64,000 bases of DNA from an uncultured delta proteobacterium (GTDB lineage: Bacteria > Myxococcota > UBA727 > VGSZ01), in NCBI GenBank assembly GCA_963775425.1, contig CAVZJB010000005.1, forward strand, positions 128,001 to 192,000, read 5' to 3'. This document shows, piece by piece, positions 21,195-31,466 of this stretch. A model generated the notes under the pieces. The model was not told the origin of the DNA. It saw nothing but the letters and a program-made list of their open reading frames with translations, and ran no database searches. Numbering within the stretch: position 1 is the first letter of the stretch; the number at the start of each line of letters is the position of its first letter. The translations under genes were made by a program, and so were the position numbers.

Positions 21195-21989
21195 TCAGGG
21201 CATCAGCGCCGTGAAGCCCACGAGCGACATGCCGCCGTCGACGGCGACGACGGAGCCCGTGACGTAGCCCGCGCCGCCGGAGCAGAGGAACAGCGCCATC
21301 TCGGCGATGTCCTCGTCTTGCGCGAAGCGCCCGAGCGGGAGCGTGGACGTGAGCTTGTTGCGCGCCTCTTCGTTGGGCGTCAGGCGCGCCATCCCTTCGG
21401 TGCCGTCGACGGCGCCGGGCCAGATGGCGTTCACCCGCACGCCGAGCGGGCCCCACTCGAGGGCGAGCGCCTTGGTCATCATGTCGACGCCCGCCTTGGC
21501 CGCGCACACGTGGGCCTGCAGCGGCGCCGGGCACCCGGCTTGCGGCGCGCTGACGTTGAGGATGCAGGCGCCGGGCTTGTTCAGGTGCTCGAAGGCGAGG
21601 CGGCAGGCGTTGAAGGTGCCGAGCACGTCGATGTCGACGACGGCCTTGAAGCCGTTGGGCGACATGCCGAGCGCCGGCGCGGGGAAGTTGCCCGCGGCGC
21701 CGCACACGAGGACGTCGAGGGGCCCGAGCTCCGCGGCGCCCTTGGCGATGGCGTCGCCGAGGGCCTTCGGATCGCGCACGTCGGCGACGAGCGGGACGGC
21801 CTTGGCCCCCTGGCGCGCGGCGGCGAGGGACGCGGCGGCGGCGGCGGCCTTGTCGGGGTTTCTCCCGAGGACCGCGACGTCGGCGCCGGCCTCGACGAAG
21901 CGCCTGGCGATGCCGAGGTTGATGCCGCCGGTGCCGCCGGTGACGAGCGCGGTCTTTCCGAGGAGGACGTCGTCTTTCAGGGTGCGCAT
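21195..21989 (-). CDS. SDR, 2,4-dienoyl-CoA reductase-like
   Basis: TGGTGGINLGIA, GAAGNF, S.NGFK.VVDID..GTFN and H..AAKAGV. Confidence 0.88.
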   Translation of the reverse strand: MRTLKDDVLLGKTALVTGGTGGINLGIARRFVEAGADVAVLGRNPDKAAAAAASLAAARQGAKAVPLVADVRDPKALGDAIAKGAAELGPLDVLVCGAAGNFPAPALGMSPNGFKAVVDIDVLGTFNACRLAFEHLNKPGACILNVSAPQAGCPAPLQAHVCAAKAGVDMMTKALALEWGPLGVRVNAIWPGAVDGTEGMARLTPNEEARNKLTSTLPLGRFAQDEDIAEMALFLCSGGAGYVTGSVVAVDGGMSLVGFTALMP

Positions 21990-22094
21990 GGGCGCGACCC
22001 TAAAGAGCTGCTCCCGTTCCGGGAAGACAGGTCGGCCGGCTCCGGCGCGGCGGCGGCGCGCCCGCCGGCTCGAAGCGCGGGACGACGACGCCCG

Positions 22095-22427
22095 CTACTT
22101 CCCGGGGAGCTTTTCGAGGATGGCGTCGAAGGTCTCGAGCTGCGGGGGCCCGAGGTAGACGTCCTTGAGCGACGACCCGCCCTCGCGCGCGGCGGCGTGC
22201 GCTTTGACGAACGCCTCCGACTGCGTCCAGGCCTCGAAGGCGGCCTTGCTCGCCCAGACCGTGTGCGTGGCGAAGAGCGTGGCGTCGTCGCCCTTGGGCC
22301 CGCGCAGGAGGTGGAAGCTCACGAAGCCGGGGACGCCGTCGAGGTGGCTGTCGCGCTTGTTCCAGACCTCTTCGAAGGTCTCTTCCTGGCCGGGGCGAAT
22401 GCGGAAGCGGTTCATGGCGATGTACAT
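22095..22427 (-). CDS. ABM-family (IsdG/HmuQ-like) monooxygenase
   Basis: MYIAMNRF, FE..W..R.S.L..VPGF and W.S..AFEAW..SEAF..AH. Confidence 0.88.
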   Translation of the reverse strand: MYIAMNRFRIRPGQEETFEEVWNKRDSHLDGVPGFVSFHLLRGPKGDDATLFATHTVWASKAAFEAWTQSEAFVKAHAAAREGGSSLKDVYLGPPQLETFDAILEKLPGK

Positions 22428-22524
22428 GCCGCCGTCCTGTCCCACGCGGACCCGCTCGTCAACGATCGCCGCGCCCGCCGCGAGGCCGCGGTGGCCGGCA
22501 CGAGCGTGTGTACGCGTGAGGTCT

Positions 22525-24132
22525 TCAGGCGGCTTTGGACGCCGCCGGAGAACTCTTCACGTCGCGCGCGGCGCCGTCCTGCCCGTCCTCGGCGCGCAGC
22601 TCGATGACGAACGTGGCGCCCTTGTCGGGCTCGCTCTCGACGTGGATCTTGCCGCCGTTGCCTTCGATGATGGCGCGGGTGATGGCGAGGCCGAGGCCGC
22701 TGCCCGCCTGTTTGCGCGAGAGCAGGCCGCCCGCCTGGTAGAAGCGCTCGAACACGCGCGCGTGCTCGCCCTTGGGCAGGCCCGGGCCGTTGTCGCGCAC
22801 CCCGATCTGCACGCGGCCTCGCTTGCCCGGGCGCGCGAACACCGTGATCTCCTTTTGCGGCCCCGTGTACTTGTAGGCGTTGGAGACGAGGTTCAGGAGC
22901 GCCTCGACGAGGGCCTCGCGGTCGGCGTGCACCGGCGGCAGGCCGCCGTCCACCTCGGTGGTGAGCGCGAGGCGCGCGGTCTCCTCGTCCCCGGTGCCGA
23001 GCTGGATTTGCTGCGCGCGGAACGCGTCGAGCGCCTCGTCGACGACGGCGCTGACCGGCACCGGCGTGGGGTTGAACAGCCGGCGGCCGGCGCGCAGGCG
23101 CGCGTAGCCGAGCACGCGCTCGATCATCTCGCTGAGCCGCTCCGTCTCCTTGGCGAGGAGGTCGAGGCACTCCTGTTGCTCCTCTTCGCTGGCGCGGTGC
23201 AGGCGGAGGGTGTCGATGAACATGCGGATGGACGTGAGCGGCGTGCGCAGCTCGTGAGACATGTGGCTGACGAAGTCCGTCTTGAGGCGTGACAGCCGCG
23301 TCTCCTGCCAGATGAGCCGCGCGGTGATGACCACGCCGGTGATGAGCGTGGCGAGGAAGAGCACGAGCGACACGATGTACGCGATGAGCGTGATGTGAGA
23401 GCCGGGCGACGCCGACTCCACGACGACGGTGAAGCGGTCGAACGGCGCCTCGAGGCGGTGGGCGACCAGCTCGCTGTCCTCGGGCCGGGAGCGCACGTAC
23501 TCGAGCAACCGATCGACGGCGTTCGGCACCGGCTCTTCGTCGAAGCGCGTGGTGCGGATGTGCAGGAGCATGTTGTGGGAGTCGACGGCGGCGCGCACGG
23601 CGTCGTCGAGCTTCTTGTCGTCGATGGCGTAGACGACGGCGCGGCCGTCCTCGGCGCGTTGGATGGAGACGACGCCGACGAAGCCACCCTCGTCGACGGC
23701 GGCGTGCGCGGGCCGGCGCGGGGCGGTGCGCTCGGCCAGGTGGGCGAGGTGCTCGAGGACGGCGGGGGTGTCGACGAAGGGCGGGCTGCCGAACAGCGGG
23801 GCGCCGTTCGGGTCGAGCACGAGGTAGCTGCCCACGGGCGCGGCGCTCCTGGCGAGGGCGGCGAAGGCGGCCGACGGCGACGGCTCGTCGAGCGCGCGCA
23901 TGGCGGCGCGGTCCGTGGTGTCGAGCAGGCCGCCGAGCGCCTCCTCGGCCTGGCGGGACACCGCGGCGGCCTCGTCGTGGCGGCGCTGCTTCTCGGCCTG
24001 GCGCTCGTTCAAGATGGCGATGACGCCGAAGCCCGACAGGAACAGCGCCGGCACGAGGACCAGCGTGCAGAAGAGCACGAAGATCCGGGTGAACCCGATG
24101 ACGTCCGTCTGCTGTCCTCTGGCCTTCGGCAT
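22525..24132 (-). CDS. membrane sensor histidine kinase
   Basis: Two TM segments; SHELRTPLTS H-box; NLVSNAYKY, DNGPG, FERFY and GSGLGL. Confidence 0.95.
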   Translation of the reverse strand: MPKARGQQTDVIGFTRIFVLFCTLVLVPALFLSGFGVIAILNERQAEKQRRHDEAAAVSRQAEEALGGLLDTTDRAAMRALDEPSPSAAFAALARSAAPVGSYLVLDPNGAPLFGSPPFVDTPAVLEHLAHLAERTAPRRPAHAAVDEGGFVGVVSIQRAEDGRAVVYAIDDKKLDDAVRAAVDSHNMLLHIRTTRFDEEPVPNAVDRLLEYVRSRPEDSELVAHRLEAPFDRFTVVVESASPGSHITLIAYIVSLVLFLATLITGVVITARLIWQETRLSRLKTDFVSHMSHELRTPLTSIRMFIDTLRLHRASEEEQQECLDLLAKETERLSEMIERVLGYARLRAGRRLFNPTPVPVSAVVDEALDAFRAQQIQLGTGDEETARLALTTEVDGGLPPVHADREALVEALLNLVSNAYKYTGPQKEITVFARPGKRGRVQIGVRDNGPGLPKGEHARVFERFYQAGGLLSRKQAGSGLGLAITRAIIEGNGGKIHVESEPDKGATFVIELRAEDGQDGAARDVKSSPAASKAA

Positions 24133-24162
24133 TGGCCGACCTCGTGATGCGTTGCTAGCGTC

Positions 24163-24693
24163 ATGGACTCGAGGTCGCCATTGGGCTCCCGCATCTTCCG
24201 CATCGCCCTGAGAACGGTCGGCATCGCCGGCCTGCTCGGCATCCTGGTGGCCATCCTCGTCGGACACGGCGCGCCCCTCGAGGAGGGCGACAAGGCCCCC
24301 GCGGTCACGGCGACAGGCCTCGACGGCGCCGCCGTCGACGTCGGCCTCGGCGACGGCCGCCTCACCGTGGTCAACATCTGGGGCACCTGGTGCCCGCCCT
24401 GCTTGCAGGAGCTCCCGGAGCTCGTGAAGGCCGCCCACCGCTACGAGGGCAAGGTGCGCTTCGTGGGGCTGGCGCTCGAGAGCCGCCGGGAGGACGTGGT
24501 CAGGGTCGCGGGCAACCTCGCCATCCCCTACGACCTCGCCCGCATCGACGGCCCCACCGCCGCCCGCTGGCACGCGGACGCGGTGCCCGACACCTACATC
24601 ATCGACGGCAAGGGGATCGTGCGCTGGTCCGTCGCCGGCGGCATCGACGGCGCCATCCTCGATGAGCACCTCGCGCCCCTGCTCGCCCCGTAG
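24163..24693 (+). CDS. TlpA-family thiol-disulfide oxidoreductase
   Basis: N-terminal TM; NIWGTWCPPC..ELP and VP.TYIID..G. Confidence 0.92.
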   Translation: MDSRSPLGSRIFRIALRTVGIAGLLGILVAILVGHGAPLEEGDKAPAVTATGLDGAAVDVGLGDGRLTVVNIWGTWCPPCLQELPELVKAAHRYEGKVRFVGLALESRREDVVRVAGNLAIPYDLARIDGPTAARWHADAVPDTYIIDGKGIVRWSVAGGIDGAILDEHLAPLLAP

Positions 24694-24788
24694 CGGCGCA
24701 CGGGGAAGCGCGGGGTGCGCAGGTCACGCGGCGCCGCTTTCCACCGCGGGCGACAGTGGGGTCCATGGGCGTGAAAGGACATCACCCC

Positions 24789-25775
24789 ATGCAAAAGCTG
24801 CTCGCCCTTGCCTCCCTCGGATGCGTCGCCGCCCTCGCCACCGCCTGCGGAGGCGCCGCCCAGTTCCGCGCCGCCGTGCCCACGCGCGACGAGGTGCGGA
24901 TGCGGGTGCCCGCGTCGTCGGCGAGCGCGCTCTCCGTCGGTGAGGAGGCGGACCTGTACAAGCAGTCGGTGGCCATCGCCACCGGGGTGAACGGTGGGGT
25001 GCTGTGGGTGTTCGACGTCATCGACGCCATCTTGAAGCAGCCGCCCACCACCGCCGACGACACCACCGCCGTGTGGGGCCCCACCGAGCCGCGCGGCCTC
25101 GACCGGCTCTCCATCCAGTTCACCGTGGTGAAGCTCGCCGACGACGACTTCTCCTACAAGCTCGAGGCGCGCAAGAAGGGCGACGCCGGCGACTTCACCG
25201 AGATCTTCTCGGGTGAGGCGCACCCCGGCAGCGAGCCCAACCGCGGCACCGGCACGCTCACCTACCACCTCGGCTCGTTGCGCAGCCTCGACGACAGCCA
25301 GTGCCTCGAGGGTGACATCGACGTCCAGTACGACGCCGCCAGCGACCCGCGCACCCTCGACGTCACGTTCCACGCCTTCGACGACGCGTGCAACGACCCG
25401 CACCCGACCGACGCGCACTACACCTACGTCGAAAACAGCGACAAGAGCGGCTCGATGGACTTCGCCTTCCAGGCGAACCTCCACAAGCCCGAGGAGAACA
25501 AGCCGCTCGAGGAGGTCATGAGCGTGCGCACGCGTTGGCTGGCGACGGGCGCGGGGCGCTCCGACGTGCAGGTGAGCGGCGGTGAGATCCCCGGCGACCT
25601 CGCGGCCAACGGCATCGACGCGACCACCGTGGAGATCGCGGAGTGCTGGGACGACACGTTCAACCTCGTGTACGCCGACACCAACCCCGACGAGCTCGAG
25701 CCGCACCTCGGCCACGAAAACACCGGCGACGCCTCCCAGTGCGCCTTCGCCGACGCCTCGTTCGCCCAACTGTGA
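24789..25775 (+). CDS. acidic lipoprotein of unknown function
   Basis: Lipobox LATAC; Asp-rich beta-strand body (VWGP, GRSD, ECWD). Confidence 0.8.
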   Translation: MQKLLALASLGCVAALATACGGAAQFRAAVPTRDEVRMRVPASSASALSVGEEADLYKQSVAIATGVNGGVLWVFDVIDAILKQPPTTADDTTAVWGPTEPRGLDRLSIQFTVVKLADDDFSYKLEARKKGDAGDFTEIFSGEAHPGSEPNRGTGTLTYHLGSLRSLDDSQCLEGDIDVQYDAASDPRTLDVTFHAFDDACNDPHPTDAHYTYVENSDKSGSMDFAFQANLHKPEENKPLEEVMSVRTRWLATGAGRSDVQVSGGEIPGDLAANGIDATTVEIAECWDDTFNLVYADTNPDELEPHLGHENTGDASQCAFADASFAQL

Positions 25776-25802
25776 GGCCAGGCGCCGCGATACAGTGACC
25801 CC

Positions 25803-26750
25803 GTGCTCGCCCTCGTGGTCCTCTGCCTCGCGGCGCCACCCACAGACCCGATCGACGACGCTGCGCCGGCGATTCCGCCGGCGCACGTGCGCGTGCTGAG
25901 CGTCAACGGCGTCGCTCTCGAGCCCACCGCGCGCCGGCCGCGCATCTGGCCGCTCGACGACGTCGTCGTCGGCGTCTCCGTCCCCGCCGGCGCGCACGGG
26001 GTCAAGGTGCACTGGGTCCTGCGGGAGCGACCGCCGGCGTCCACCGTGGAGCTCGCGGCGCCTGACGCCTTCCGCACAGGCTTCGCCTTCCACCTCGGCC
26101 GCCGCGACGTCGCCGGCCTCGACGAGGAGGGGGACTACCGGCTGCAGGTCGTCGTCAGCGACGCCGCCGGCGCCCCGGTGGGGCAGGCCGAGGAGCGCAT
26201 CCACGTGGCGCTCCCCGGCCCGCAGAAGCGACATGGCAAGGCGCGCGCGTCCGCCTTGGACAAAAAGGCGCGCGCCGCCGCGGCCGCCAGGGCGCAGGTG
26301 CCGCTCGCCTCCATGACCGGCTGCGGCGCCGCCGGCTGCGCGTCGTGCCTCGCCGGCTGCGCGGGGGCCGCCCTCCCGGGCATCGGGCCCGTCGTCCTGG
26401 CCTGCGGCCTGGTCGGCTGCATGCCCTGCGGCACCGCCGGCGCCGTCGTCGGCGCGGGCTACGGCGAATACAAGGCGTCGGTGATGCCGTGGTCGCTGTC
26501 GCCCTGGTTGCTCGTCGGCGTCGGCCTCGAGGTGGCCGGCATGTCGATCCTGGTCACCTCGCTCGTCGCCACCGCCGCCTTGCCGCCGCCGTTGCCCTCG
26601 CTGCCGGCGCAACTGCAGCCGAGCGTCGACCCGTCGCTGGCGTCCCTCGGCTTCCTCGCCGGCTCGGGCGCGATGCTCGCCGGCGCGCCCGTCACCCTCC
26701 TCATCGCCTGGGCCACCTCGTCCGCGCCGGACGACGCCAAGACGCGGTAG
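25803..26750 (+). CDS. hypothetical exported protein: PKD/Ig-like domain plus Cys/Gly-rich TM region
   Basis: Signal peptide; W....RP..S...GLD..G.Y.L.V.V pattern; hydrophobic C-terminal segments. Confidence 0.6.
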   Translation: MLALVVLCLAAPPTDPIDDAAPAIPPAHVRVLSVNGVALEPTARRPRIWPLDDVVVGVSVPAGAHGVKVHWVLRERPPASTVELAAPDAFRTGFAFHLGRRDVAGLDEEGDYRLQVVVSDAAGAPVGQAEERIHVALPGPQKRHGKARASALDKKARAAAAARAQVPLASMTGCGAAGCASCLAGCAGAALPGIGPVVLACGLVGCMPCGTAGAVVGAGYGEYKASVMPWSLSPWLLVGVGLEVAGMSILVTSLVATAALPPPLPSLPAQLQPSVDPSLASLGFLAGSGAMLAGAPVTLLIAWATSSAPDDAKTR

Positions 26751-26758
26751 AAACGATC

Positions 26759-28066
26759 ATGCTCCCGCTCGCCGTGCTCGCCGCCGCCGCCGCGCTGTCG
26801 CCGCTCTCGCCGGCGCAGCAGCGTCGGGAGACGCCCATCGTGGACGTGGTGCGCGACGAGTCCGAGGGCGTCGTCGCCATCACCGCCACCCACGTCGTCA
26901 CCGAGAGCGCGTCCGTGTTCGACGTGTTCGCGGTGCCGCGCCGGGTGCAGAAGAGCTCCATCGGCTCGGGGACGGTGATCCACCCGTCGGGCTACGTCCT
27001 CACCAACGCCCACGTCGTCGCCCTGGCCAGCGAGCTCAGCGTGATGATGAAGGGCGGCAAGGAGTGGCCGGCGCACGTGGTGGCGTCGCTGCCCGCGGAG
27101 GACATCGCCATCGTCAAGGCCGAGGTCCCGCCGGGCACGGTGCTTCACGCGGTGAAGCTCGGCGAGAGCGACGACGTCATGGTGGGCGAGACGGTGATCG
27201 CCATCGGCGCGCCCGTGGGCCTGGCGCACACGGTGACGTCGGGGATCGTGTCCGCGCTCGACCGCGAGATCGAGCCCGCCGAGGGCGTCGACTTCAAGGG
27301 CATCCTGCAGACCGACGCCGCCATCAACCCCGGCAACTCCGGCGGTCCGTTGTTCAACGTCCTCGGCGAGCAGATCGGCGTGAACACCGCCATCCGCGGC
27401 GACGCGCAGAACGTCGGCTTCGCCATCCCCATCGACCGCGTGAAGGGGCTGTTGCCCCGCCTCCTCGCCGTCGAGCAGCGCGGGCGCGTGAGCCTGGGCC
27501 TGCGCCTCGGGCGCTTCAACGCCAAGAAGGGCGGCATCGTCATCGACGACGTCGCGCGCGGCTCGCCCGCCGACAAGGCCGGGCTCGTCCCGGGCATGGT
27601 CATCACCTCCGTGGACGACGACGCCACGCCGACGTTGGTGGACGCGCTGGTGGCGTTCCTCGAGGAGCCGGCGGGAGAGCCGTTCGTCGTGCGCGCGGTG
27701 CTTCCGGAGGGGACCACCGACATCTTCCACGTGACCCTCGCCGATCGTCCGCGGCCCGACGGCGCGGCGCTGGCACGCAAGCAGCTCGGCCTCGACGTCG
27801 CCGACCTCGACGCCGTCACCGCGGCGCGCCTCGGGCTGCGCGACGGCGCGGGCGTCGTCGTGAAAGCGGTCGACAAGAAGAGCCTCGCGGCCAAAAAGGG
27901 CGTTCAGCCCGGCGACCTCGTCACCCGTGTGGGCCCGTACGGCATTCGCCACGTAACGGATCTCGTCGTGCTCCAGGACGTCGTCGCCGGCGCCCGCATC
28001 CCGGTGCGGATCGTGCGCATCGGCCGCGGCCGCGTGCTCCAGACCGAGGTCCTCCTCGGGCGCTGA
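26759..28066 (+). CDS. HtrA/DegP-family serine protease with two PDZ domains
   Basis: GSG, LTNAHVV, DIAI and QTDAAINPGNSGGPL; PDZ signatures SPADKAGL.PG and GVQPGD. Confidence 0.95.
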   Translation: MLPLAVLAAAAALSPLSPAQQRRETPIVDVVRDESEGVVAITATHVVTESASVFDVFAVPRRVQKSSIGSGTVIHPSGYVLTNAHVVALASELSVMMKGGKEWPAHVVASLPAEDIAIVKAEVPPGTVLHAVKLGESDDVMVGETVIAIGAPVGLAHTVTSGIVSALDREIEPAEGVDFKGILQTDAAINPGNSGGPLFNVLGEQIGVNTAIRGDAQNVGFAIPIDRVKGLLPRLLAVEQRGRVSLGLRLGRFNAKKGGIVIDDVARGSPADKAGLVPGMVITSVDDDATPTLVDALVAFLEEPAGEPFVVRAVLPEGTTDIFHVTLADRPRPDGAALARKQLGLDVADLDAVTAARLGLRDGAGVVVKAVDKKSLAAKKGVQPGDLVTRVGPYGIRHVTDLVVLQDVVAGARIPVRIVRIGRGRVLQTEVLLGR

Positions 28067-28155
28067 CGCTCCGCCGTTCGACGTCGGGCAGCGGGCGGAA
28101 CGGCGCACGAGAAAACCCCGTCGAGGAGCGCGGAGGCGGGTGCTATGACTGCCGG

Positions 28156-29511
28156 ATGCGCTTTGCTCTCGCCGTGCTCGTGTCGTGCCTGTCCCTCGCC
28201 GTCGGGTGCGAGGGCTGCGGCCCGGCGTCCACCCAGGACATCAAAGGCTGCACGCTCGACGACGGGCGCTTCCTGAACGTCGGCGAGTCCGCGACCGTGA
28301 GCTGCAACGACTGCGTGTGCAGCATCGACTTCTCGCTTCGCTGCACCGAGCGCGCGTGCGACGACGCCGGGCCGGGGCAGGCCGACGCGGGGCCGCCCGC
28401 GGACGCCGGCACCCCCGAGGACGCCGGCGTCGACGCGGGGGTCGTCGACGAGGGCCCCTGCCACGACAGCGACGGCGACGGCTTCTACGACTGCATCGAT
28501 CCCGATCACCCCGAGCGGCCGCAGGTGGTCGACTGCGACGACGAGCGCTTCCACGTGCAGCCCGGCGGCATCGAGTTCGCGGACACGCCCGAGGACGACA
28601 ACTGCAACGGCCGGAACGACGACTTCGACACCTGCGACTGCGGCGGCTCCGCGTCCAACGCCGCCGACCTCGGCAGCGGCATGGACATCTGCGGCGACAC
28701 CGTCACCTCGGCCACCAAGAACGGCGGCGCCATCCAGTTCGGCGTCGTCGACGCGTACCGCGGCGTCATCGGCCCGCGCCGGCGCGCGCGCCAGGACGAT
28801 CCGGATCGGCCGCCGGTGATCATCGGCAACAACTGCCTCGCCACGCTGTCCTCCGGCGACGCCACCGGCACCCAGACCGGCGTCGACGTCGACGGCGGCT
28901 TCTGCAATTTCAGCGACCCAGACCCGGCGCACGCGGATCCGAACCCCACCATCTGCGACCTCGCGCAGCTCCACTTCACGCTGCACGTGCCGCCCAACGC
29001 CAAGGGCTTCGCGTTCGACTTCATGTTCATGTCGCAGGAGTGGCCCGAGTACCTCTGCCTCGTCTACAACGACACCTTCTACGCCATCGTCGACGGCGAC
29101 GACGCCGTGAACCAGGGCGTCGCCACCAACGCCGCGTTCGACTTCGCCAACCGGCCCATCACCGTGAACGTCGGCTTCTTCGAAGACCCGGCGCAGTGGA
29201 CCGTCCCGCTCGACGGCACGCCGTATGGCGAGAGCGACAGCTTCGTCAGTTGCCCCTCGCCCGGCGACCTCGACTTCCAGGACGGCTGCCGCCTGCCCAC
29301 CTATTGCAGCGACCCGAACCTCGACGTGCGCACCGGCTCCGGCAGCGGTTGGCTCACCACGAGCGTCCCCGCCACGCCCGGGGAGACCATCACGCTCACC
29401 CTCTCCATCCACGACGAGTTCGACGGCTTCTTCGACTCGCTCGTGCTGCTCGACGCGTTCCGCTGGTTGCCCTTCGAGCCCGAGCTGCAGACGGCCAAGG
29501 AGGAGCCCTGA
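28156..29511 (+). CDS. Cys/Asp-rich lipoprotein with choice-of-anchor-L-like C-terminal domain
   Basis: Lipobox LAVGC; CNDCVC, DSDGDG..DC and DCDD..PG..E...DDNCNG repeats; F.F.SQEWPEY...YNDTF and D..D..FDS.V..D. Confidence 0.75.
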   Translation: MRFALAVLVSCLSLAVGCEGCGPASTQDIKGCTLDDGRFLNVGESATVSCNDCVCSIDFSLRCTERACDDAGPGQADAGPPADAGTPEDAGVDAGVVDEGPCHDSDGDGFYDCIDPDHPERPQVVDCDDERFHVQPGGIEFADTPEDDNCNGRNDDFDTCDCGGSASNAADLGSGMDICGDTVTSATKNGGAIQFGVVDAYRGVIGPRRRARQDDPDRPPVIIGNNCLATLSSGDATGTQTGVDVDGGFCNFSDPDPAHADPNPTICDLAQLHFTLHVPPNAKGFAFDFMFMSQEWPEYLCLVYNDTFYAIVDGDDAVNQGVATNAAFDFANRPITVNVGFFEDPAQWTVPLDGTPYGESDSFVSCPSPGDLDFQDGCRLPTYCSDPNLDVRTGSGSGWLTTSVPATPGETITLTLSIHDEFDGFFDSLVLLDAFRWLPFEPELQTAKEEP

Positions 29512-29532
29512 GCTCCCTCCGCCCGCGGTCCG

Positions 29533-30210
29533 TCAGCAGCCGGGGTCGGTGTCCGGGCAGAAGTGCGCTTCGCAGTTCATGTCGCGCGTGAGCGTGACGT
29601 CGGCGGGGCCGGTGCCCTGACAGTCGAGCTTCCAGCCGGAAAAGACGCTGCCGGCGTCGGGGACGGGCGTGAGCGTCTCCTGCTCGCTGTCGAAGTAGCC
29701 GGCGGTGCACTTGTCGGGACAGTCGATGCGCGGGCCGTTGTCTCCCGCGGCGCTGCCGGTGACGTGGCCGCTGCCCTGGCCGGAGAACACGACGAGGATG
29801 GTCCAGAGCTGGCGGAAGCTGGCGGTGCAGGTGACGTCGAGGCTCGCGGGGTCGTCGTCGGTGAAGCGGACGTCCGTGGTGGCGACGACCTGGGAGGGCA
29901 GGGCCTCGCCGCTCCGGGTCTCGTCGCAGCTCCAGCTCTCGAACAGCGCGTCGCGGGCGGGCGTGGCCTTGAGCGTGAACGTGGTGGCCTCGGCCGGGAA
30001 CACGACGTCCTGCGCGTCGCACAGGGCGCCGCAGTCGACGAGCTCGGGATCGCTCTTGAGGGCGCCGTGGCCGTCGCCGCCCTTGAGGACGTGGACCGAG
30101 GCGCCCGGTGGCGGGCCGGCGTCGGCGGGCGGTGCCGTGGGCGGCGGGCACCCGGCGGCGAGCGCCGTGAGGCAGGCGGCGCCGACGAGCGTGCGCGCGA
30201 AGCGGGTCAT
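29533..30210 (-). CDS. lipoprotein with two InlB-B/Flg_new-like repeats
   Basis: Lipobox LAAGC; G.G.V.S.P..IDC...C, L.ATP....F..W and SVFSGW..DC.G. Confidence 0.75.
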   Translation of the reverse strand: MTRFARTLVGAACLTALAAGCPPPTAPPADAGPPPGASVHVLKGGDGHGALKSDPELVDCGALCDAQDVVFPAEATTFTLKATPARDALFESWSCDETRSGEALPSQVVATTDVRFTDDDPASLDVTCTASFRQLWTILVVFSGQGSGHVTGSAAGDNGPRIDCPDKCTAGYFDSEQETLTPVPDAGSVFSGWKLDCQGTGPADVTLTRDMNCEAHFCPDTDPGC

Positions 30211-30788
30211 GGGGGCTCCACGTTCGCGTCGAAGGGGTCGCCTCCGCCGCACAGCTCGCCGAGGTTGGTGCAGCCGTCGCCGGCGGCGCCGTTGCAACTG
30301 TTGTCGACGTCGCACACGGGGACGTCGTTGCCGTCGATGTGCACGGTCTCGCTGCCGGAGACCTGGTCGACGCTGACGTCGAGGCAGCCGAAGAGGCTCA
30401 CCTGGTCGTCGCTGACGTTGAACGCCTCCTCCGCGTTCTGCTCGTTGCTGAGGTCGAGCGTGTCGCGCGCCTGGGCGAGGATGAGATCGATGTCGTGCGC
30501 GTCGTCGTGCACGAACCAATCGAGGGTGAGCGTGCGCTTTCGCCCGGGCCGCGTGTTGCACGATCCCGTGGTGGTGCCCGCCGCGAGGTCGACGTCGAGC
30601 GCGCACGGATTGGCGCTGCCGCTGATCCACAGCCGCGCCTGCAGGTCGGGCGTGGCCGCGCAGGCAAGCGCCTGCGGCGTCTGCAGGGTGACGCTGTCGG
30701 CGTCGAGCTCGCCCGCGCACGCCGTGAGCGCGCACGCGGCGAGCGCGGCCGCGAGGCTGGCGGCGGTGCGCGCGGCCGCGGGCCTCAC
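30207..30788 (-). CDS. hypothetical lipoprotein
   Basis: Lipobox LTAC; Cys/Asp-rich; overlaps both neighbours by 4 nt. Confidence 0.75.
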   Translation of the reverse strand: MRPAAARTAASLAAALAACALTACAGELDADSVTLQTPQALACAATPDLQARLWISGSANPCALDVDLAAGTTTGSCNTRPGRKRTLTLDWFVHDDAHDIDLILAQARDTLDLSNEQNAEEAFNVSDDQVSLFGCLDVSVDQVSGSETVHIDGNDVPVCDVDNSCNGAAGDGCTNLGELCGGGDPFDANVEPP

Positions 30789-31414
30789 GGGGCGAGCCCC
30801 ACGGGCGTGGGCGCCTTGACCTTGATGGCGACGACCTCCGGGGCCGCGGGCCGCAGCGCGTACAGGAGGTAGCCGCCGCCGACGACGGCGCCGACGACGA
30901 TGACGGCGCCGACCGCGATGCCCGCGCCGATGAGCGCGCCCGAGGGCCCATCGTCCTCGGGCGGCGGGGGCGGCGGCGGAGGAGGAGGAGGCTTGTCCTC
31001 GACGGTGGGGACGTCGCGCACGACCTTGACGGGATCGTCCTCGCTGCCGACGCGGGCGGGTCCGTTCCCGTTCTTGTCGAACGCCTCGATGATGTACTCG
31101 ACATCGCCGCCGAGGAGCGCCTTGGGCACCTCCGCCGTGTAGACGTCCTGGGCGCCCGCCTTGGGCGTCATGGTGACGCGCGTGAACTGGGCGGTTCCGG
31201 CGGCGCGCACGAGGAGGGTGGGCTCGAAGACGCCGCTCTTGTCGTCGGTGATGTGGGCCTCGACGATCAGGGGGCCGACGCCGTCGTGCTTGTCGATCGG
31301 GGTGTGCTGGATGACCGGCGCCTTGGTGTCCTTGGCCGGCCGCGCGCGCGCGGCGGCAGGGCCGGCCGCGACGACGACCGCGAACGCCAGGAGGACAGCT
31401 CCGGTGCCGCGCAT
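30785..31414 (-). CDS. exported Ig-like protein with poly-Pro linker and C-terminal TM anchor
   Basis: Signal peptide; D..AP.I.H.P, Y.IEA.D..GN, P10 tract and a TM helix. Confidence 0.75.
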   Translation of the reverse strand: MRGTGAVLLAFAVVVAAGPAAARARPAKDTKAPVIQHTPIDKHDGVGPLIVEAHITDDKSGVFEPTLLVRAAGTAQFTRVTMTPKAGAQDVYTAEVPKALLGGDVEYIIEAFDKNGNGPARVGSEDDPVKVVRDVPTVEDKPPPPPPPPPPPEDDGPSGALIGAGIAVGAVIVVGAVVGGGYLLYALRPAAPEVVAIKVKAPTPVGLAP

Positions 31415-31466
31415 TCTTCCGCGACTGTAGCGGGCCTGCTATCGGGACGTCGAGAAAGGCGGACCC

